NCBI GenBank assembly: GCA_964016885.1 | Contig: OZ024742.1 | Coordinates: forward strand, 99,944,001-100,008,000 | Length of the DNA stretch: 64,000 bases | Source of the DNA: Eledone cirrhosa | Lineage: Eukaryota | Direction of reading: 5' to 3' | Shown: positions 13,295 to 29,761 of the stretch, in pieces | Layout: each line of letters opens with the position of its first letter | Numbering within the stretch: the first letter of the stretch is position 1 | Translations under genes and position numbers: made by a program | The notes under the pieces: generated by a model | The model's database searches: none | What the model was told of the DNA's origin: nothing | What the model saw: the letters and a program-made list of their open reading frames with translations, nothing else

Positions 13295-14329
13295 TAATGG
13301 ATATGGTTATACGGAACAGGAAGGACAACCGTACGAACGCGCATGCGCAGAAACGATCACTTCTCACAGGCAATACTAAAATGCGTGCGAGAGGTGTAAG
13401 AGAGATAACTCCGAAAGTCCGAAAAGTTTCTAGTTAATATGAAAATTAGGATGTTGTAATTCAATCGGGAGCTTTGTAGTTATGTCACAGGTGTTTCCAG
13501 ACGCGTGGACAACGTGTGAAGAATTCATTTCTCGTGTTTAGGCAACCACTATTGCGTAATCTCTTTAGAATATTTATTCGTTCATCAATACATAGTCCAC
13601 ACGACGAGTTGCCCCTTGCGTATGGCTTGGACTTAGTGATGGCTTTCCATTGAATGGAGTAGTCTATACTTGAGTCCTTGAGGGACCATACGTGGCTCGC
13701 GAGTTTCGTGGATGAACGTCTGTCGGGTACCTAAGGGTCGACTGGTGGTTCAGGAATCGTTCATTACATCGGCCCTCCGCCATACCCACATAGGATTTGA
13801 CCTCCTGTGGTAGATTTGGTCGGTTGGAAGTGACCACAGCCAGCTTCATAAACTACAGTGGGTGTGTTGCATTGCTGTTGAAGGGGACAAGCTTCGGGCT
13901 TACGGCAAGAGCACCCTGGTGTGGTGTGGCTCTTAGGGCTGTTGGTGATGTGGGCCTTCATTTTCTTGGCGCAAGAGTATCCTAGTTTTACTTTGTGTCT
14001 GTTAAAGAATGAGCAGTATTTATGACCTCGGCCTCTTAAATAGACACTTTCCCATAGGTCATAAATACTGCTCCATCTTTAACCGACACAAAGTAAAACT
14101 AGGATACTCCTGCGAAGGAACCTGCAGCCGTAGAATCAACCAGGATCCATACAGTGATCATGTCTCGAGTTACCTGCCGGCGAAACAATTGTAACATGCA
14201 ATAAACTGAGACCAGATGCATCACTGATTTTTCGTTTTTTTATACTATTCACACACTGCTCTGTATAAATATTGAGTTCTAATTTTGGCATACCGCCAAT
14301 GGAAGCACCATAGCTACCATTATACACAC

Positions 14330-14366
<37 letters not shown>

Positions 14367-14369
<3 letters not shown>

Positions 14370-15146
14370 GTACATACATATATGTATACAGACGTACAGT
14401 AGTATGTATATATATATATATATACATACATGCGCACATATATACATGTACGTATGGATTCACCGAACATTTATTATAATGCTCGGTGTGTTTGTAAACA
14501 AACATCCCGAATTAAGCCGTACAGTGTCTAGCAACCATCGTTGCTCATTTGTTCAACACTGACAAAGGAACGCTGTACTAGTTTCAAGCTTATTAGCTTT
14601 CGTCAGCAACGTATACCTTCCTGCCATATGATTCAACGTCTGAAAGTATATACTTCCATTATGCATATTAACGGCTGAGCAGCCTAATTTGCATATCGAG
14701 TGAGTTAATCGGCCGGGCGTACCGAAAACGATAAACGGGAAAAATGAAACGAAATTTCATTTCTCACTCTTCGTACGGCTGTTACTTAAATATAAGTATG
14801 TATACGTACAAACATATATGTATACAGACGTACAGTAGTATGTATATATATATACATACATGCACACATATATACATGTACGTATGGATTCACTGAACAT
14901 TTATTATAATGCTCGGTGTGTTTATAAACAAACATCCCGAATTAACCCGTAGTATCTAGCATTATAATAAATGTTCGGTGAATCCATACGTACATGTATA
15001 TATGTGTGCATGTATGTATATATATATATATATACATACTACTGTACGTCTGTATACATATATGTATGTACGTATACATGCTTATATTTAAGTAACAGCC
15101 GTACTAAGAGTGAGAAATGATTTCGTTTCATTTTTTTTTCGTTTAT
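14367..15146. mobile_element. Family E: hammerhead-containing repeat (436-bp monomer), tandem plus fold-back
   Basis: Direct repeat at 14367 and 14803; inverted arm 14958-15146; TA-flanked. Confidence 0.8.
14570..14612 (-). ncRNA. Minimal type I hammerhead ribozyme (family E)
   Basis: Minus strand: acgttg CTGACGA aagc taataa gctt GAAA CTAG TA cagcgt; palindromic tetraloop. Confidence 0.8.
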
Positions 15147-16308
15147 ATATATATGCAATCGTTCCAATTGATATTTAGTGTTTGTATTTACTTTAAAGGT
15201 CATAACATCTATTCTTATATCTAACAACTTCGTTTTTCTTCCCAAACCTCTGGGTATGCTTTATTCAATCAGTGTTCAATACTTTGTTTTCATTTATATT
15301 CATAGCTAGCTATAAATGCCATTTTAATGTTCCGTTTTCTTCATTTCCTAAGACTATCTGAAATGAGAAACTCGGAGTAACAATTACCAATAAAATAGGA
15401 CAAGACAATCTGCCTTCCTTCAGTGTAAAGTACTAAAATTATTTTGACCCTATTTCAAATGACCGACTGAGATCGAACAACATGAGGGTGATTTTGATTG
15501 CTATAAACAAGACTTAATCATCACATCAGTATCGGTAACATATTCTTCGGTAATCTGTGTTCCTTTTTAACCAATGTTTTAGATGAAATGTTAGTACTAG
15601 TCATATACTCGAAGGAACTTGTGATCTTGTGTAAGTAATCTAAAATTCAGATAATTTGCTGTTCGGATAACTGACGTGTGGCTGTATTACCTTTTATCGA
15701 AGTAGAACCATGTCAGTTTCCTCAAATTTTAGTATTTCACTACCATGGTGAAGTTATATTTAATGATTTATTCATCAGTATTACATGAGGTGCAGAGATG
15801 GTTATGTTTCACTGATGAGGTCAGAATATGATAAAACATGTCCTGAGTCGTCTTCCATGGTCGCCACGGAAATAAAAATATAAGTTGTCAATGACTAATA
15901 ACGTTATTTCTTCTTTTTTCCGCACTGCATATATTTATTTCCAATTTGACCCGTGCATTAAATATCTTAACAATAATTTACCTATTTATCTTATATAAAT
16001 ATATACAATCACCAATATACGAATGCGGCATCTAACACCCACATATATACATAGAATAACACATTGCATTTTAACATACGTATGTAAATATACACTTACA
16101 CACATATAAGTATTTAACATTCAGCAACCACAACTCTTTCACACAGTTATCTTCTATTTTCAATGATTCTATTATCTCTTCATGATGTTGTCTGGAAGTA
16201 AATGAATTTTTTTTTTCCATTTAGTTATGTCTGTATGTATGTGTGTATGTATGCATATATATATATACTTATATATATATATATATATATATATATGTCT
16301 TTGTATGT

Positions 16309-16379
<71 letters not shown>

Positions 16380-16607
16380 TTTGTATATCTTTATATATAT
16401 ACATATATATATATATACATCTGTATGTGCTCCTTTACATAGTTTAAGTCTTGCTCAGCAGAATATACGTACGTGTGCCAAGTGTGTGGTGTGTCTGTTA
16501 TAGTAATTCACATTCTACTGATGCTAAACAAATGACTATCTCACCCTATCACTTTTTGCCATCATCATCATCATCTTCTTCACATTCACATTCATATTCC
16601 ATTTCTT

Positions 16608-16643
<36 letters not shown>

Positions 16644-16656
16644 ATACTACTACTAC

Positions 16657-16693
<37 letters not shown>

Positions 16694-17016
16694 ACTCACT
16701 TAACCTTCCTTTTCTTCTGTTTTTTTTTTGTTTTTTTTTGCCAATCTCTTTTCTTCTCTGTCTCTATCCTGCTTTAGTCACTTTCGTCTCTTTTACAATT
16801 TATCACATCCACTTATCTCCCCTTTCATGGCATTGCCATGGTTTTTTTTTTCTTTTTCCCCGGTTTAAAATTATCTATCATCGTCTACTCTCTCACCACC
16901 CACTTCTTTTTCAATCAATTTATCAATTTATCTATCTATCTCTTTCTTTCGCTTGATATCTTATCTTCTATTTACATGTTTTTTGCAATCTACATCTACC
17001 TCTCGTGCAATTCCTG

Positions 17017-20630
<3,614 letters not shown>

Positions 20631-23600
20631 TTATAAAGCTTTGTTTCAAGCGAAATCTTATTTCTTTTATATATATATATATTTATTTATTTGAAAAGGT
20701 GTCCTGCACGGCTAAGATCATACATAAATCAAGAACTGCTTCGTGACCTAGAATAGGTGAGACGTCTGTACATTACACTTATCAAAGTAGCACGTCGTCT
20801 AATTACTAACCTAGAAAAGGCTGCACGTCTGAAGGTTACTTGCAGAAAAGCGAGACGCAGTCTTTTTGCTGTCCTCTAATTTTCTTCTTCCTTGCTCGGT
20901 TAGGTTTGACCTGAAAACCTTAAAGGGCGGTGACAGTATACCACAATTTATTTCAGGTTGGCGTTCTAACAATTCTGTCAGTCTTCTTCACCTGGGGTGG
21001 GTGGTGATTTGATCAATTGAACTTCTGGCTTTCCTTTGTCAATAATCTCATTCTTGTCTGTTTGAACTATCGATTAAAATGTATGAATTAACTGATCAGT
21101 TTAAATGTAAAAGTGTAAATAATTTGTAAATCTATATCATTTGAAATTAAGTCCTTATTAAATTAACCACTGTTTCTAGTTGAACGTCGTGTATTTTCCT
21201 TCTTACATTAATTCTAGTAAAAGCGCGCAGCCTAGTGACAGGGTGCTAGGCTCAGGATTACAATGTTGAGGATCCCATTGCTGGATTAGGCGGTACGTTG
21301 TATTGGTGAAGAAGTTACTTCTTTTTATGATACTCTAGTCTAGTCAGCTGAAAATTGATCCCAGCAACCGCTGGAGGTTAACCTTGTAATAGACTGTTGT
21401 CCCATCCAGATGGATATCTTTGTACTCTTAGTTGCTTATGTTAACGAGAATGGGATAGACTTGCCTAATGAGACAACAGGTTTGGGATAGAGTTTAATCA
21501 TTTTCATTAACATTAATTTCGAACCCCAAACTCTCGAAACCATTAATTCTATTTTCCAATTACCAATCTATTTTTATCTTACCATCAGTATTGCCTTTCA
21601 TCCTTACGGGGTCGATAAAATAAAGTACCAGTAATGCACTGGGTAATTGCTGGCCTTGTGCCTAAAGTAGAAACAAGTATTATCAATCTTAATACAAACT
21701 GAGATTTACTCAAAAGATTAAATGTTAAAAATAGATATATTTATAAACATAAAAAATATAGGAAAATAATATTGACATATATTAGAGGATTACTATTACT
21801 GTTTGTAATTAATTTATGTATGATATTTTTCTTCTTCCACTTAGAAATCGTATATCTATATATCCTATATAAAATGTAAAATGAACATATAGGTTATACT
21901 TGCTTATGTTGGCACTGTTGGTAGAGCGTCGGACAGATGCTAAGAAGTATTTGTTCTGGTTCTTTACGTTCAGAGTACATCCTTCCGCGGTGGAGAAATA
22001 GGGTGGATATAAACTACATGGGTAGATTTAATAGACGTTCACTAATTTCTGACCTTGTGCCTATGTTAGGGACCATTGGAATGGAATGGATCTCCGTCAG
22101 TTTCTCTAATATTGTTCATTAAGGAACAAGGTGCTGACACGTATTTCCTTAACGTAATTTTATGGAAGATTCAGTGTCACGGTGTTTAGCAAGCCCGCAG
22201 CTTTAGTCCATCCGATTTTCTTCCAAATAGTTTCCGTCTACTAAATATCATTCACAAGAAACGGTACTGAACCCAGTACCTAATGATTGTAAGACAAACT
22301 CCTTTCCCATTCGGCAACGCTGCCACCATGCAAATGATCTGATTATTTATATATACACCTTCATCCAATTTATAACAAAATTATCCACATGAATATAAAA
22401 AGTAAATTATATAGATATCTATTATATAGATATCTTCTATATGGATATCTATAATAAAGCTATACATCATATAATATTTAGATGCTTATTTCACATACAT
22501 GTACATTATCACATTCCTATCAGCTATGTATACATTTTGATTAAATGCATCTCACATTAAATTAACATATATTTATGTAATGGATGACGGCAATAAATTT
22601 TCGGTTATCATCTTTCTAGTGAAATACGTAACCCAAGTGTTTCAATTAAACTGAAAATAATACAGAATATAGTTTAACATTTTCATTGGAACATTATTTA
22701 ACAAAAGGTTCATACATTAAATGATGATATAGGATTCATGATTTAAATATGAACAGTTTAAAACGAGTAATTTTGTGTCATAAAACCAGACTCTGTTTCA
22801 GATAGGTTGGTATCAAAAGAGTTGAGATGATTATTACTCTCATTTGAACGATTCTGTTTGATGCTCATGCTTCATACTAAGGAATTCAGCTATTTCCATA
22901 TCCTTTATTGCAGTAACAATAGTCTTTAAAAATTCGCAGTACAGTTTCCCATTATTTGCATGAATGAAATGAAACGGAATGGACATCCGTCGGTTTCGAA
23001 TGCGTGTTTAAACCACGAAAGAGCTTTCTCCTGTTTCACTCCACATAAAAGTGTAAAATTAACGGGATACAGTATGTGTCAAGGCTAGCCTTTAAATTAA
23101 AGGTGCAGTTCATATGAATGTCTTCTAAAGAGTTTCTGTCTTCCCAATTTCATTCACAAAACATCGGTCAACCCGTAGCCATGGTAAATTACACTTGCCT
23201 AAGATGCCACACAGTGAAATCGATCACGGGGCCTAATAATTATGAAGCGAACTCCTTAACCATTCGATCATGCTGTGACCACATTCCAGTAGTAGTATTA
23301 GGAATCTATTTCTGTATGTGTATTTCTAAATGTTTGTCTCCGTATGTGCCGATTTAACCGCTTGGTTTCTTATATCCAGACAATGAAGGCCAGTTATGCC
23401 AGTTGATAACTGCATCGTCTCAATGGCGTGAGGGCGATTCCCAGACTGGCCAGGCTTTCAATTTTCTTTCTGTTGTTTCTTTTTTATCGGTGCACGCAGG
23501 GTTATAACTTTTCTTCATTTTTGTTAAAAAATCATCGAACGCAGGAAACTAATGTGCTTTATTAGTCAACTGTCTTATCTTAGTGTATATAGCTCATCAC

Positions 23601-24600
23601 ACTCTATATTCAATTCGATTGAATTTTACAAATGTATTAATAAATAAATAAGCAATGAATCAACGGAACACTTGGCTCAGCCGTAGAGTGGTTGCTACCT
23701 CTGCGCAATCGTGAGTTCGGACTCAATATTCACTAATTCTTGATAACATTGTTACTTTTTTTCTCATCCTTTTTTGCATCATGTTTTAATATTACTGTTA
23801 ACAAATCTATCTACAATCTCATGAAACAACTATCTGTCTCTGGGTGGAACAGGACCAAAGCCCTAAAGGCAATAACATAGTGAGATATGTGGTTTTAGTT
23901 GTTCTAGGACAACCGGTACAATTCTAACTGGAACAACTAGAATGAAAACTAACAAGAAAAACACAACAAAAATAACTGAAGAATGTACTTGATATTTCAT
24001 ATTTCAGAGTTAAAATCTCTTTTACAAAGAGAAATGAAACGGGGTGTGATGTTGATAGTGACCAATGCTGGGGAGATCTACGTGTACAGATCGTATAGCA
24101 CAAACATGTTAACAAATTGTTGAGCATTAAACAGACCAAACTTGGGGTCATGCCTTGTGGTATTTCTGATGGCTTTCTACACTTGAAGATCAAATCCAGC
24201 TGAAGTCACTTTATATTGATTTGTATTTTCTATCGATTATTTACATCTTCCGCTGACTCTTCCTATCTTATATTACCTCTGTCATTCTCTCTCCCTCCCT
24301 CTTTTTTTCTCTGTTTCAATTGTTTCTTCACACCTCCTCTCCCTGAGCCTTATTTTATTATTTTCATTCAATGTTTATTTTGTCTTTCTCACCCAGTTCT
24401 GACAACCCACGAACCATCACACACATATACACACCCCCACGGAGCTTTTTCTTCTACCACCATGTATTCCTTTTCTAATACAAACAAGCCATATGCCTTT
24501 GCATGTGCGCACATGCTCTGATAAATACATATACACACACACATATATATGTACGCATCAATAAACACAAACAACGAGTTTTATTATTAACTCACTCATA

Positions 24601-24823
24601 AAGAGCGGTGGATTGGCAGTATCCGTAGAGGGTCGGACGCCATGCTTTGCAGCGTAGAGTTGCAGCCCTTTATGATCTGAGTTCAAATCCCGCCGAGGTT
24701 AACTTTGCCTTTCATCCTTACGGGGTCGATAAAATAAAGTACCAGTCACGCACTGGGATCGATTTAATCAACTTTCCCTTCCCCCAAAATTGCTGGCCTT
24801 GTGCCTCTATAAGAAACCATTAT
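24601..24823 (+). mobile_element. tRNA-derived SINE, full length
   Basis: gcggtggattggcag head, gagttcaaatccc B box, cggggtcgataaaataaagtaccag core, ATT tail. Confidence 0.85.
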
Positions 24824-25364
24824 TAACCCATTCATACATGCCCCCGTGCACATTCACTCACATACAACACGCACAAAAGCATACATGCTCTCTCTCTATC
24901 TCTCTCTCTCTCTCTCTCAAACACATACACAGGCACTGCTTCCTCATTCTCACCACTCGTTCCTCACAAAATTATTTCTAACTATACTGGAACACACACA
25001 CACACACACACAGACCATAGACACATTATTTACACACATACAAACACACTCACTCATCCCTCACACACACATACATATATATACACATGCATGCGCTGAC
25101 ATCTACACAGGCAGAGAAACAGAGATTCCCCACCATCACCACCTCTGCTATTGTCCTTAAATACCGTCAGGGAATTGAAACTTGAAACTCTGGTTCTAAA
25201 CTGATACAGATGAAACTTTGGTTATTGTTGTTGTTGTTGTTGTTGTTGTTGCCTCTGTTGCTACTGTTATTTTTCCTATTGTTTCTGTTTGTTTCAGTTG
25301 GTTTTGCTGTTCTTGTATCTGTAGTTCTGCAGTTTCCCCAGGGACACACTCACACACACATACA

Positions 25365-25425
<61 letters not shown>

Positions 25426-25462
25426 GCATATATATATATATATATATGTATGTGGGGGTGAA

Positions 25463-25506
<44 letters not shown>

Positions 25507-25515
25507 CGTGTGTGG

Positions 25516-25546
<31 letters not shown>

Positions 25547-26385
25547 GAGATGTGTTTCATGTAGGAAACCTATGGCCTTGGAGAGGAAGAGTTTGGGAGG
25601 GGGAAGTGTATTGTGTGCGTGGGTAGACGGCAAAATACCAGATCTTTTTGCCAAAGTGATGTTTGTGGTGGGGTGTAGCAGTTGACTGAGGGGTACACGA
25701 GGAAAGAACGAATTAATACTGAATAACCCTGGAAAAAAAAAATATATATATCTCCTATTTTGAATTTATATTCCAAAATCATAGTCATGCATGCTTTCTT
25801 TTAAACTACCATACAATAGACATCTCACCGTCAGGCCTGTTTTCTCCTTCTTACCTTTTCTACACCTCTATCCTTCTTTGTTTGCATGGTGAACAACAGT
25901 CCTTACTATCTTCAGTTTTACTATTTCTGTCCTTTCTATATTTTTCTCTTTTAGCTAAGCCCTTGCGCACTCTATATTTATGTAATTTGCCTAAAGGCAT
26001 AACTTGTCTCTACCTGGCATATCTCAATGTGCACTAGAATGAACGGAATCTACCTTAATACGACCGGAACGCTAGTGATTTCTATAGGTTGACTGAGGAT
26101 ATGGGACTGTCCGTCTTCCTGCTGTATTTTCCATTGTCTTTTTCCAGTCTGCCCCCTATTGAATATATATATATATATAAAAACTTTGGATAGACTATAT
26201 ATATATATATATTTATATCTGTATTTTTAAGCGTTGGTCAATCAATGATAAACATTGATTGCCAGATAAATTAACTATGGAGACATAAAAGATACAGAAG
26301 CGAAAACCAAACCAAACCAAACAGTGAGTGTGTTCTGTTATTATATTTCTGGCAATATTATAACAATATGACCCTCCCCAAATAT

Positions 26386-26496
<111 letters not shown>

Positions 26497-27087
26497 GGGT
26501 GTTTAAAGATATAGATATATAAATCGTCATAATATTCTTGGCAAATTATATCCTCTGTGTATTCAGTTTCGAAAAAAGAATACACCGTATAACTATGTGT
26601 TGTATGTGGTGATTAAAAGATCTGGCAACAGGACGGGCAAATAGTCGTAAACAATTTGACATAGAACCCATATGAAGATTATAACATATATCATGGAGCT
26701 AACATGGCTGGCAATGCTTACTTTTGTCTTAGCAGGTGAAATCACATTAAAACATTTGTCGTTGTTGTTATATACGTGGACAAACTCTAACTTCTATAAC
26801 ACCTCCCCCCTCTACAAACTAGCCTTCGAGTACCTATCCTGGATTTCCGGGTATTGAGACGAGTTGAAGTGAAGTAACAGCTACACTGTAAGAGAAAGAA
26901 CCTAGCTCACCTCCGCCGTGGCCTACACCCTGACCAACGAAGCAATATCTACGGAATAGTCACGGCTGTAATGTTTGTTCATAGATCTACTCGATTCTTT
27001 TTGACTTGGAACTGAACAACAAGAAATGAGAAAGAACCACAGCGAGGAAATCAAAAAGGAATGACGACACTTCTTCTTGAGTCGTCC

Positions 27088-27530
27088 CTATATCGATGGT
27101 GAATCATACAAAAATTTCTTGTTCCAGACTTCCCGATATCTCATTGCAGCAAGAATATCCCATCCATTGAGGCCAGTGTGCCTCATCAAAAGTCCAGATG
27201 GTTCTGTTTGAAGGGCACATTCAGCGCTTTGCATCTGATCACCAGAGAAGTAGTTTATTTGCAGGTTCATCATGGCGGGAAACATGACCAGTAAGAGCCA
27301 AGAGACGGGATCGAACTTTCGATGAAACCTGTAGCAGGTCACATTAAAGAACATTGTTGGTAGTGTGGCACTACGTCCATCATATTGATTATTGGTTGTT
27401 GGAGTATGTAGTGTGATCTTATTTTCAAGCATACAATGTCATATTGACTCTGGATTTGTCGATAGATATGTGGGCCATAGGCCAAACGTTCAGCCAACTA
27501 CTTCTGATAGAAAATTCTGCTCCATCAAAG
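27088..27530 (-). pseudogene. Highly decayed RTE-type LINE 3' end
   Basis: Fragments FDG..WLNVW..HIS, CYR..PVSWLLL and HTGL..LAAMRYREVW resemble the RTE C-terminus (from memory of the family, not an alignment). Confidence 0.4.
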
Positions 27531-27577
27531 ATCACTATACATTTCAATTACTACTGCTACTAATAATAATAATAATA

Positions 27578-28372
27578 ATTGTTTCTACTTTTGGCACAAG
27601 GACAGCAATTATCCCAGTGCATTACTGGTACTTTATTTTATCGGCCCCGTAAGGATAAAAGGCAAAGTTAACTTCGGCGGGATTTGAAGTCAGGGACATA
27701 ACTCTGTGCTGGAAAGTATGGCGTCCGACCCTCCACCGATACTGCCAATCCACCACCCAATCCACTAATAATAATAATAATTGTTTCTACTTTTGGCACA
27801 AGGCCAGCAAATATCCAATGTATTACTGGTACTTTATTTTATCGACCCCGTAAGGATGAAAGGCAAAGTTAACCTCGGCGGGATTTGAACTCAGAATGGC
27901 AAGGGCCGTAACTCTATAATAATAATAATAATAATGGTTTCTTATATAGGCACAAGGCCAGTAATTTGGGGGGAGGGGAAAGTCGATTAAATCGACCCCA
28001 GTGCATTACTGGTAATTTATTTTATCGACCCCGTAAGGATGAAAGGCAAAGTTAACCTCGGCGGGATTTGAGCTCAGATCATAAAGAGCCGTAACTCTAT
28101 GCTACAAAGCATGGCGTCCGACCCTCTACCGATACTGCCAATCCACCGCCCTTATAATAATAACAATAGTAATGGTTTATTATATAGGCACAAGGCCAGC
28201 AATATAAAGGGAAGGGGAAAGTCGATTTAATCGACCCCAGTGCATTACTGATGCTTTATTTTATCGACCACTTAAGGATGAAAGGCAAAGCCAACCTCGG
28301 TGGGATTTGAAATCAGAACGTAAAGTGCCTTAACTCTATGCCACGAAGCATTTTGTCTGTCACTCTACCGAA
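27578..28372 (-). mobile_element. Four head-to-tail SINE copies separated by (TAA)n
   Basis: Copies at ~27580-27755, 27780-27917, 27934-28153 and 28172-28372; same family as 24601. Confidence 0.85.
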
Positions 28373-28758
28373 TAATTACAAAAATTGCTAATACAATAGC
28401 AATAACCACAAATACTACTACACTACTAATACTACTACTACTACGTCAACTACTAGTACTACATAACAAACAACAACAACAAACGGCAACAATAGCGTCA
28501 CCAACAACAAAACCCCCCTTAGCAACGACAACACCACCATCATCACCACCATCACCACCAACAAAAACAACAAGATTATTTTGGTACTAAGTTTGTTTAT
28601 TTCCCTTCTGGACATGTTCACAGTATCAGCTTTTAGTATATTTTCAGTTACTGTTGTGCTCTCTTCCAGACATTCATGAATCTATCTACCTATCCATCTA
28701 TATCTACATGCATACATGGAAACCAATATGACGTGTATATATATATATATTCACATAC

Positions 28759-28839
<81 letters not shown>

Positions 28840-28840
<1 letters not shown>

Positions 28841-29012
28841 GAAATGGCTTCTACAGGACTAGAACTGTATCATTTGGGAGAAATCATCAGGAAGCTCTGA
28901 TTGAAACAGTTCTAGTCATGTAGAAGCCATTTCTATATTAAATATTTATACTCTGCTATGCATTGAGTACCTTACTTACTGTGGTTACCCCCGATTGAAC
29001 CCGGGATAAACA
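28840..29012. mobile_element. Family F fold-back with hammerhead (minus strand, 28847-28895)
   Basis: Minus strand: gcttc CTGATGA tttctcccaaat GA(t)A cag ttctagtc ctg TA gaagc; the inverted arm retains GAAAcag. Confidence 0.65.
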
Positions 29013-29055
<43 letters not shown>

Positions 29056-29059
<4 letters not shown>

Positions 29060-29720
29060 CGTTTCTGAATTTGTTTAGCAAGATTCTTTATCTGAAATCG
29101 TGTGTTGAAACCGATATTGTTATACTTTGGGAGGCTCATGTTGCCAATAAGAAACACATGCACCAGTTGCTTTCACTTCAATTTATTATATATTTACAAA
29201 TTTATAAATTTCTGGTTGGTTGGTTGGTTCCACAACCAAATAGTTGTTTATATATAGTCATAGTCCTTTCGCTACACACTCTGTGACCTCTTCAGTGACT
29301 GGGGATTCCTTTCTTTGTTTCTGTGCCTCTCCTTTGTTCTGTCCTACGCCATTTTGTTTCTGTGCGTGTGTTGTGTGCTCAGTTTGCGCATGCGCCACAT
29401 CCGGGTGTCTGTGTGTGTTTATGTTCATTTATCTATGCGCAAACTGAGCACACAACACACACACAGAAACAAAATGGCGTAGGACAGAACAAAGGAGAGG
29501 CACAGAAACAAAGAAAGGAATCCCCAGTCACTGAAGAGGTCACAGAGTGTGTGACGAAAGGACTATGACTATATATAAACAACTATCTGGTTGTGGAACC
29601 AACCAACCAACCAGAAATTTATAAATTTATAAATTTGTAAATTTGTAAATATATAATAAATTGAAGTGAAAGCAACTGGTGCGTGTGTTTCTTATTGGCA
29701 GCATGACCCTCCCAAAGTAT

Positions 29721-29725
<5 letters not shown>
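29056..29725. mobile_element. Family C large fold-back
   Basis: Arms ~29115-29392 and ~29435-29725, flanked by (TA)n on both sides. Confidence 0.85.
29526..29570 (+). ncRNA. Minimal hammerhead ribozyme (family C)
   Basis: agtca CTGAAGA ggtcac agagtgt gtgac GAAA ggac TA tgact; mirror copy on the minus strand at ~29256-29300. Confidence 0.7.

Positions 29726-29761
<36 letters not shown>

Larger units (their letters stand above)
10681..14113 (-). mobile_element. Penelope-like retroelement, Nematis-like, with partial tandem pLTRs and an inverted 5' segment
   Basis: RT motifs FDIVDFYPSI, SMGSFDSA, YRDDGL, VDFLD; CSC..CPL..C linker then GIY-YIG. Direct repeat 10681-11470 vs 13223-14027; inverted piece at 14030-14113. 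Confidence 0.9.

Noticed and set aside
15805-15846. CTGATGA ggtc..gat AAAAC at GTC hammerhead-like motif
   Set aside because: GAAA is mutated and stem I does not pair; at best a dead relic.
20811-20910. Possible minus-strand exon (ttttcag..gttagt)
   Set aside because: Stops in the frames I read, no partner exons and no recognisable protein.
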